A stretch of 64,000 nucleotides of DNA. Origin: Eubacteriales bacterium. Lineage in GTDB: Bacteria > Bacillota > Clostridia > Oscillospirales > CAG-382. A program made the position numbers and the translations under genes. This document shows positions 58,104 to 64,000 of the stretch, piece after piece; position 1 is the first letter of the stretch; each line of letters starts with the position of its first letter. The stretch lies in the NCBI GenBank assembly GCA_045600125.1, contig JAZRXH010000109.1:3703-67702 (forward strand). Reading direction: 5' to 3'. Under the pieces are notes generated by a model, which saw only the letters and a list, made by a program, of their open reading frames with translations, was not told the origin of the DNA and made no database searches.

Positions 58104-61100
58104 TCAGCCCTCGAGGAAATACAGGTGATATCCGTTTTCCTGCATTTTGTTCCGGACGAAATCCTCGGCACCGTCGCCGTAGTTGTTCGTCCAGGATGCG
58201 AACTTCATGAATTTGTGCCCGTAGGGAAGAATGTAGGTGTTGTTCCTAAAGCCAGGCATCCACTCCTCCCGGCTTGCGCCCATATCCAGCGTATAATACT
58301 CCGCCATAAGGAAGATGTTTCCTTCGATGACAAAGTTTTCGGCACGGTTGTAGTGCTGCCATCCCTTGATCTGGGCGGAACGGTCGGGAGCCATGCCCCA
58401 GCCGGCGCCGGAATAGGCGAGGATGTTGTCCTTTATGAGGATGTTCTTCATGTACCGCAGCGCCGCAGAGGAGTCGGCAGCGCCCATGAAGTACTCGATG
58501 TTGTAGATACACTTTTCAATGACGTTGTTCGTATACTCCACGTTCTGATCCAGTACATCGTTCGTTCCGCCTCTGGAGTACTGGTGGGTAACGCCGGCGT
58601 CATAGCACTGATAAATATAACAGTTATCAATATAATAACCGTTGCAGGAGCCGTATACCTCCACGCCGTTTCCGAAGCGTACCATCGAGCCGTTCTGGAA
58701 ATACTGGGCACTGCCGCCGATCCAGCCGATCTCGCAGTTTTGGAAGCGCACGTTTTTGCTTCCTCCGATGCCGCCGATGCCGTGACAGCCGGCGAACATG
58801 ACGGCGATGTTGTCGAACACGCATCCGGAGCCGGAGCCGACGATCGCCGTGTTCCTTGTGGCAAGCTCGATATCGGAGTAGAGACTGCCGGGGTTGCCTT
58901 CGTCACAGCGGACGTAAAGGGTGCTGTTAAGGCTCGTATAGTCGGTGGAATTTCCGTTCACGCTTCCGTAAACGACAAAGAAGGTGCGGTTCTTTGTAAA
59001 GGAGGTGGCGGGATCAAAGCTCCTGCCGCCCACAAGAAGGACAGAGCCGCCGACGCTGGGAACGATCTTCTCAAAGGTCGAGGTGCGGTTCAGAATGATA
59101 TTGCCTATATCGTTGACGGGTCTTGTGAGCTTCCAGATATTGCTCGTTCCCGGAACGAGCGTCCAGTTGGAAGCACCGCCCACGTTGCCGATAAGGTTTC
59201 CGTTGATGAGCGGCTTTGCGCCCTCTCCGTAGGCTCCGTAGGTCACGCCTGCCTTCGAGGTGAAGGTGGTCCTCCACTCTCCGCCTCTTTCAAGGAGAAG
59301 TGCGTCGCCGCTCTTGACCAGCGAATTGCCTCTTTCAATGGTGGCTACGGCGGTGGCGGGGGATCTTCCGTCGTTCGCATCGCTGCCGCTGGGGGAAACG
59401 TAAATTTTCGTACCGGTGATATCCGAATAGTCGCCGACCGAAGCCCGGATCTCGGCTGCTCTTTCGGCAATGAGGGCGTCCACTTCATTTTTCTTGGCAA
59501 GACCCGCTGCAAAGTCCACCTCGGCTGCTTCCTCCGACAGAGTGCTTCCGCCGTCGAAGATCAGATGCTCGACGCCGTTTTCGTCAAGGTAGACCACGTA
59601 GCTTGCCGAAGCGGCGGCGATATCCGCATACGCCCAGTGCGAAGTGTCCACGTCCTTGTACAGCTTCCCGGCGACGGTTTCCATATCCACATCGGGGGCA
59701 CCCTCGATATTGAAAGCGGCATTGATCATCCGCACCGCTTCGGCACGGGTGATAAGATTTCCTCCCGCAAGACGGGAGCCGTTTCCGCTTTGTCCTGAGA
59801 AAGGCGTATTACAGGAAAGGTTCAGCGCCGTTCTTTCGGATGCGGGAAGCGATCTTCTGTAAATGATCTCACTGAATTCCGATCTTGTGATGGGGCTGTC
59901 CGGCAGGAAGTTTCCGCCGCAGGGAGCGATAAAGCCGTTTCCTTCGCAGTAAGCGATATATTTTGCATACCACGCTCCGGACGATACGTCGGAAAAGTTG
60001 CTCGTTCCGTTTTCCGGTACAGAGGCTTCCCCTCCTGCATCGGCTTTCGCCAGAGCGGCGCACGCTTCGGCACGGGTCATGGTTCCGTTCGGACGGAAGG
60101 TACCGTCCTCGTAGCCGCCGATGTAACCGCTGCGGACGTCGGCACTCTGCACCTTATCCGTTACGGCGATCAGGCGGTCCACGTAAATAATGTCGTCCGC
60201 TCGCATCGTTGAGGGCTTATTTCCCCCAAGCGGATAAACGTGCAGCTGCCGCAGGGTCGGTGCCTGAGCGGCGATCGTTTTTCCGGCGCAGGGGGTGAGG
60301 TCAAAGGAAGCCGCCGTCCAGCGGTTCGCCCGGATGGGGTCGGCGGACGCCATTTCGGTGCCGCCCGTAAAGGACTCGCCCTTCATGACGTTGATCTGCG
60401 GATGCCCCGTTTTGGGCGACGAAGAAATATACTTGTAGGAAAGAATCAGCGACTTATACTGCGTCACGTCGATGTTAGCGCTTCCGTATACCCAGCCGTC
60501 AAGGTTGATGCCGGTATTGACGGAAGAATAAATATTGGGAACGACCTCGACCACCGGGACCCCTTCATAGGTGGTTTTGGAAGCGACGGCGGTATTCTTG
60601 TTATCGCATATGCAGAGGAAATAATCGGGGAAGCGCAGGATCTTGACGTCGGGACTGACAAGGGCATCTCCCCAGCTGACCCGGAGGGAAAGGTCCGATC
60701 CCGGCATCACGATCTGCTCTCCGCTGCGGTATACCCGTGAGCTGCCGGAGACCGTCCAGCCCACAGCGACCCTGCCCTCTGCCGAGACTCCCGGCTCCGG
60801 GAGAGTCAAGACATCTCCTGCGTGCGCCTTGTAATCCTCCGGAAGCGAGCCGGTCCTGCCGGGAATGTTGCCCGCCTCGAAGGTCACGTTATAGAGTCTG
60901 CTCCCTTCGGGGTTCACTCCGGAAAAGGTAAAATTCCCCACAAGCATGTAGTCCGATGCCTCCATGGAACGGGGCGATCTTCCCTGCCCGAAGGGATAGA
61001 AGTGGAGCTGTTCGAGGATACCGGTGCCGGTGACCTTGCCCTGCAGCGCTTCGCTCATATCGAAAACAGCCGTTGCCCATTCGCCTTCGCAGACGTCTTC

Positions 61101-61517
61101 GTTTGATTCAACGCCGACAGCGGCGGAAAGGACGTTGCCGTTCCGCATATAGTTGACGAAGGGTCGGAGGCTCTCGGGATACTCCGAAACATACTTGTAT
61201 TCAACGGTGATATACTTATAATAATTGAGATCGATCCCGTATTTGGTCAGGTAGAAGCCGTCGATCATGACGGCTCCCGATTCGGTCGTATCCACGACGG
61301 GCGAGATCTTTACGACCGTTCCCTTTTCGGGGTCGCTGACCGTTTCGACCGTCGCTTTCTTTTTGCCGTCCACGTTGCCCCTCTGGATCCCGGTATAGGG
61401 GATCACCAACGGCTCGGTGTTTACCGCCGAGACGCTGAAGGAGGCGCAGGAAAGCATCATTGCCAGCGAAAGCGCCGCGCAGACAAATCTCAAACTCTTT
61501 GAGAAAATCGTTTTCAT
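58104..61517 (-). CDS. Paralog 2 of the SLH / parallel-beta-helix surface protein family
   Basis: Same architecture and about 50-60% aa identity to 54353..57853, with near-identical nucleotide blocks in the beta-helix region. Confidence 0.8.
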   Translation of the reverse strand: MKTIFSKSLRFVCAALSLAMMLSCASFSVSAVNTEPLVIPYTGIQRGNVDGKKKATVETVSDPEKGTVVKISPVVDTTESGAVMIDGFYLTKYGIDLNYYKYITVEYKYVSEYPESLRPFVNYMRNGNVLSAAVGVESNEDVCEGEWATAVFDMSEALQGKVTGTGILEQLHFYPFGQGRSPRSMEASDYMLVGNFTFSGVNPEGSRLYNVTFEAGNIPGRTGSLPEDYKAHAGDVLTLPEPGVSAEGRVAVGWTVSGSSRVYRSGEQIVMPGSDLSLRVSWGDALVSPDVKILRFPDYFLCICDNKNTAVASKTTYEGVPVVEVVPNIYSSVNTGINLDGWVYGSANIDVTQYKSLILSYKYISSSPKTGHPQINVMKGESFTGGTEMASADPIRANRWTAASFDLTPCAGKTIAAQAPTLRQLHVYPLGGNKPSTMRADDIIYVDRLIAVTDKVQSADVRSGYIGGYEDGTFRPNGTMTRAEACAALAKADAGGEASVPENGTSNFSDVSSGAWYAKYIAYCEGNGFIAPCGGNFLPDSPITRSEFSEIIYRRSLPASERTALNLSCNTPFSGQSGNGSRLAGGNLITRAEAVRMINAAFNIEGAPDVDMETVAGKLYKDVDTSHWAYADIAAASASYVVYLDENGVEHLIFDGGSTLSEEAAEVDFAAGLAKKNEVDALIAERAAEIRASVGDYSDITGTKIYVSPSGSDANDGRSPATAVATIERGNSLVKSGDALLLERGGEWRTTFTSKAGVTYGAYGEGAKPLINGNLIGNVGGASNWTLVPGTSNIWKLTRPVNDIGNIILNRTSTFEKIVPSVGGSVLLVGGRSFDPATSFTKNRTFFVVYGSVNGNSTDYTSLNSTLYVRCDEGNPGSLYSDIELATRNTAIVGSGSGCVFDNIAVMFAGCHGIGGIGGSKNVRFQNCEIGWIGGSAQYFQNGSMVRFGNGVEVYGSCNGYYIDNCYIYQCYDAGVTHQYSRGGTNDVLDQNVEYTNNVIEKCIYNIEYFMGAADSSAALRYMKNILIKDNILAYSGAGWGMAPDRSAQIKGWQHYNRAENFVIEGNIFLMAEYYTLDMGASREEWMPGFRNNTYILPYGHKFMKFASWTNNYGDGAEDFVRNKMQENGYHLYFLEG

Positions 61518-61571
61518 ATATTCCTCACTTTGACCGAACTTTCACGCCGAAAAGTCTGCTTTTTGCGTGTG

Positions 61572-64000
61572 TTACGGATAAACGTAGTACAGAGAAGCTC
61601 CGTCCTCATGGACGACGTTCTGCAGAACCGAGGCGGCGTTTCCGTCATAGGTATACTGGGTCGCACCGCCGTAGCCGTAGAGCACGAAGCGGCTGCAATA
61701 GGGAATGATATAGGTATTACCCGAAAGCACGGGGATCCAGGCGCTTTGTCTTGCGCCGACCTCCCACGTATTGTATTTTGCCGAAAGGAAGGTATTGTTC
61801 CGGATTATATAGTTTTCGGTACGGTTGTAGTGATCGGCCCAGCCCTTGATCTGCGCCGAGCGGGTCGGGTTCGCCCCCCAGCCGTACCCCGAGTATGCCA
61901 GAAGATTGTCCTCGATGAGCACGTTCTTCATGATTCTTACATACTCGTCGGTATCGGGGTTGCCGAGGAAGTACTCGATGTTGTAGATACACTTTTCGAT
62001 GACGTTGTTCGTGTAGCCGATGTTCTGTTCGATGCAGTTCGACGCTCCGCCGGAGGAAATCTGGTGCGTGATGCCCGCATCGTAGCACTGGTACACGTAG
62101 CAGTTGTCGATATAGTATCCGTTGCAGGCGCCGTAAACCTCGATGCCGTTGCCGTATCTGGTCATGGTTCCGGACTTGTAGTTCTGCGCACAGCCGCCGA
62201 TCCAGCCCACCTCGCAGTTGGTGAAGCGGACATTCGACGTGCCGCCGAGACCTCCCACGCCGTGGTTTCCGGAATAGAGGATACAGAGATTGTCGTAAAG
62301 ACAGTTGCTTGCCGCACCGTTGATGGTGTGGTTCTTTGTGGCAAACTCGACCGAGCTGTAAACGGTACCGGGGTTTCCGGCGTCACAGCGCATATACAGG
62401 TCGGAGTTGACTGTCCTTAAGTCCGCTCCGTCCGTTTCCAGCGTGCCGTATTCCACGATGAAGGAGTTGTCCCGTGCGAAGGAAGACTTTTTGTCAAAGA
62501 CCTTACCGTCTACCTGCATCACACCGCCGGAGATCAGCGGAAGGAGCTTTTCTGCCGTCTTTTCGCCGCCGTTCAGAATGATGTTGCCCACATCGTTTGT
62601 CTTTTTATAGAATTTCCAGATATTCGTCGTTCCCGGCACAAGGCTCCACTTTTCGGCGCCCACGCCGCTTCCGAGAGTATTGCCGTTGAGGATGGGCTTT
62701 GCGCCCGTGCCGTAGGCGGCGTAGGTCACGCCGTCCCGGGCTTTCAGCTCGGAGGTGATCCGGTATTCTCCGCCCCTCTCGAAGAGAAGTGCGTCGCCGT
62801 ACTTTACGGTATTGAAGCCCTTGGCGGCGGTACGGAAGGCAGTCGCCGGGGACTTGCCGTCGTTCGAGTCATTGCCGGTGGGCGAAACGTAGTATATCGT
62901 TCCGGCGGGAGCGGGATAGGAATCGGGGGTACTGCGGATCTCGGCGATACGCCGTGCAAGCTCCGCTTCGGCTGCCGTCTTTGCCGCCTCGCCCGCCGCA
63001 TAGTCCGGCTCGAAGTCGCCGTCGTTTGTCATGACGGCGCCGTCACAGATCGCCCAGTGCTCCTTTCCGAGGGCGTCGTAATACGAAACGTGGGTGGAGG
63101 AAGCGTCCACGATGTCCGCAAACGCCCAGTGATCACGGATATCCTTGTAGGTGAAAAGCTGTGCCGAGCGGAAAATCGCATCGGTACTGCATTCCTTGGA
63201 AAGAGCGTTGTTGATGAGCCGTACTGCTTCGGCACGGGTGATGAGGCTTTCCGGACGGAAGGAATGGGTGCCGTCCGGCTCCGCAAAGCCGTTTATGAGA
63301 CCGCTCGAGGCAGCGGCGGATATGATCTCGTAATACGGATGCGAAGCGTCCACGTCGGTAAATACGTTTGCCTCGCCCGCCTTTCCGGCAAAGGACAGCC
63401 GGTAAATCAGCTCACAGAACTCCGCTCTCGTAATGGCTTTGTCCGGCAAAAAGGCGCCGGAATAGGAAACGAGAAGTCCCTTTCTTTCACAGTAGGCGAT
63501 ATACTTTGCATACCACGCCGTACCTTCCACGTCGGTAAAGGAGTTTTCCGTGCTGTCCGGAACAAGGCTGTCGCCGCCGGCGTCCACTCTTGCGGCAATG
63601 GCGCAGGCTTCGGCTCTCGTGATGCTGCCGCCCGGGTGGAAGGTATTGTCCGGGAAGCCGTTTATGAAGGCGGGGAGATATTCGGCGCTGTCTGCCTTGT
63701 CCTTTAAGAATATGAGGTCGGTTATATAGAATTCATCCTCTGCGGAAAGAGCGGAGGGACGAATCGTGTTTCCGAAGGGATAAACGTGCATCTGGATAAG
63801 GAACGGATCGGCGCCGGGAACGATATTGTTTCTGGCAGAGGACATATCGAAAACGGCAGCACAGAGCTTGCCGCACTGAAGAGGCTCGGCGGCTTTCATG
63901 GAGATCGCCTTTGTCAGATTGTTCCGCTTCATGATGTTGATCTGCGGGATCGCCGTCGTGTTCGGGGAATCCGAAACGTATTTATACAGCATGATAACGG
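61572..64000 (-). CDS. Paralog 3 of the SLH / parallel-beta-helix surface protein family (N-terminal part lies beyond the window end)
   Basis: ORF open to the window edge. C-terminal beta-helix is about 70-80% aa identical to paralogs 1 and 2. SLH repeats are visible. Confidence 0.75.
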   Translation of the reverse strand, partial: VIMLYKYVSDSPNTTAIPQINIMKRNNLTKAISMKAAEPLQCGKLCAAVFDMSSARNNIVPGADPFLIQMHVYPFGNTIRPSALSAEDEFYITDLIFLKDKADSAEYLPAFINGFPDNTFHPGGSITRAEACAIAARVDAGGDSLVPDSTENSFTDVEGTAWYAKYIAYCERKGLLVSYSGAFLPDKAITRAEFCELIYRLSFAGKAGEANVFTDVDASHPYYEIISAAASSGLINGFAEPDGTHSFRPESLITRAEAVRLINNALSKECSTDAIFRSAQLFTYKDIRDHWAFADIVDASSTHVSYYDALGKEHWAICDGAVMTNDGDFEPDYAAGEAAKTAAEAELARRIAEIRSTPDSYPAPAGTIYYVSPTGNDSNDGKSPATAFRTAAKGFNTVKYGDALLFERGGEYRITSELKARDGVTYAAYGTGAKPILNGNTLGSGVGAEKWSLVPGTTNIWKFYKKTNDVGNIILNGGEKTAEKLLPLISGGVMQVDGKVFDKKSSFARDNSFIVEYGTLETDGADLRTVNSDLYMRCDAGNPGTVYSSVEFATKNHTINGAASNCLYDNLCILYSGNHGVGGLGGTSNVRFTNCEVGWIGGCAQNYKSGTMTRYGNGIEVYGACNGYYIDNCYVYQCYDAGITHQISSGGASNCIEQNIGYTNNVIEKCIYNIEYFLGNPDTDEYVRIMKNVLIEDNLLAYSGYGWGANPTRSAQIKGWADHYNRTENYIIRNNTFLSAKYNTWEVGARQSAWIPVLSGNTYIIPYCSRFVLYGYGGATQYTYDGNAASVLQNVVHEDGASLYYVYP

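Noticed and set aside
1-64000. CRISPR arrays, rRNA and tRNA genes
   Set aside because: No regularly spaced direct repeats of 25-40 bp with unique spacers were seen. No tRNA cloverleaf-like or rRNA-like conserved stretches were seen in intergenic regions. The repeats that are present are hairpin/palindrome elements and paralogous gene segments.

Overview
This window is 64 kb of high-GC (about 58-60%) chromosome, and its gene content and codon style point to a Gram-positive anaerobe (Clostridia; Oscillospiraceae/Ruminococcaceae-like). No rRNA, tRNA or CRISPR array is evident.

The backbone is housekeeping:
- nrnA, queG, rsmG, glyQS, a phosphoglucomutase, proS, dapA and a D-Ala-D-Ala carboxypeptidase
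- prmA-rsmE
- ftsE-ftsX-M23 peptidase-ctpA
- rpsF-ssb-rpsR

Several accessory features are interleaved with it:
1. An AT-rich islet of about 4 kb (about 37.4-41.5 kb) lies just downstream of rpsF-ssb-rpsR. It carries a tyrosine integrase and a tight three-gene ydjGHI-like cassette: an SPFH/Band-7 protein with five zinc ribbons, a 4-TM protein, and a TM plus zinc-ribbon protein. Twin CCACATAAT-N5-ATTATGTGG palindromes frame the cassette's promoter region.
2. Four large SLH-domain surface proteins are present. Three of them are tandem paralogs (54.3-64 kb) with a duplicated novel N-domain, SLH repeats in the middle and a C-terminal parallel beta-helix. They share near-identical nucleotide blocks.
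3. A family of structured intergenic repeats recurs at about 19.5, 21.1, 47.6 and 54.1 kb. Each has a hairpin, a TTTTT/AAAAA-containing palindrome, and a GC hairpin.
4. A roughly 400-bp MITE-like element with about 110-bp imperfect terminal inverted repeats sits at about 53.9-54.3 kb.
5. A secreted-protease neighbourhood holds a C11 clostripain, a transglutaminase-like lipoprotein and a C39-like peptidase.
6. One operon pairs a fused sugar-1-P nucleotidyltransferase / APH-fold kinase with the C39-like peptidase.
7. There is an orphan promoter-sORF-terminator unit at 19.77-19.99 kb.

Many long ORFs in the six-frame track are antisense shadows of real high-GC genes and are rejected.
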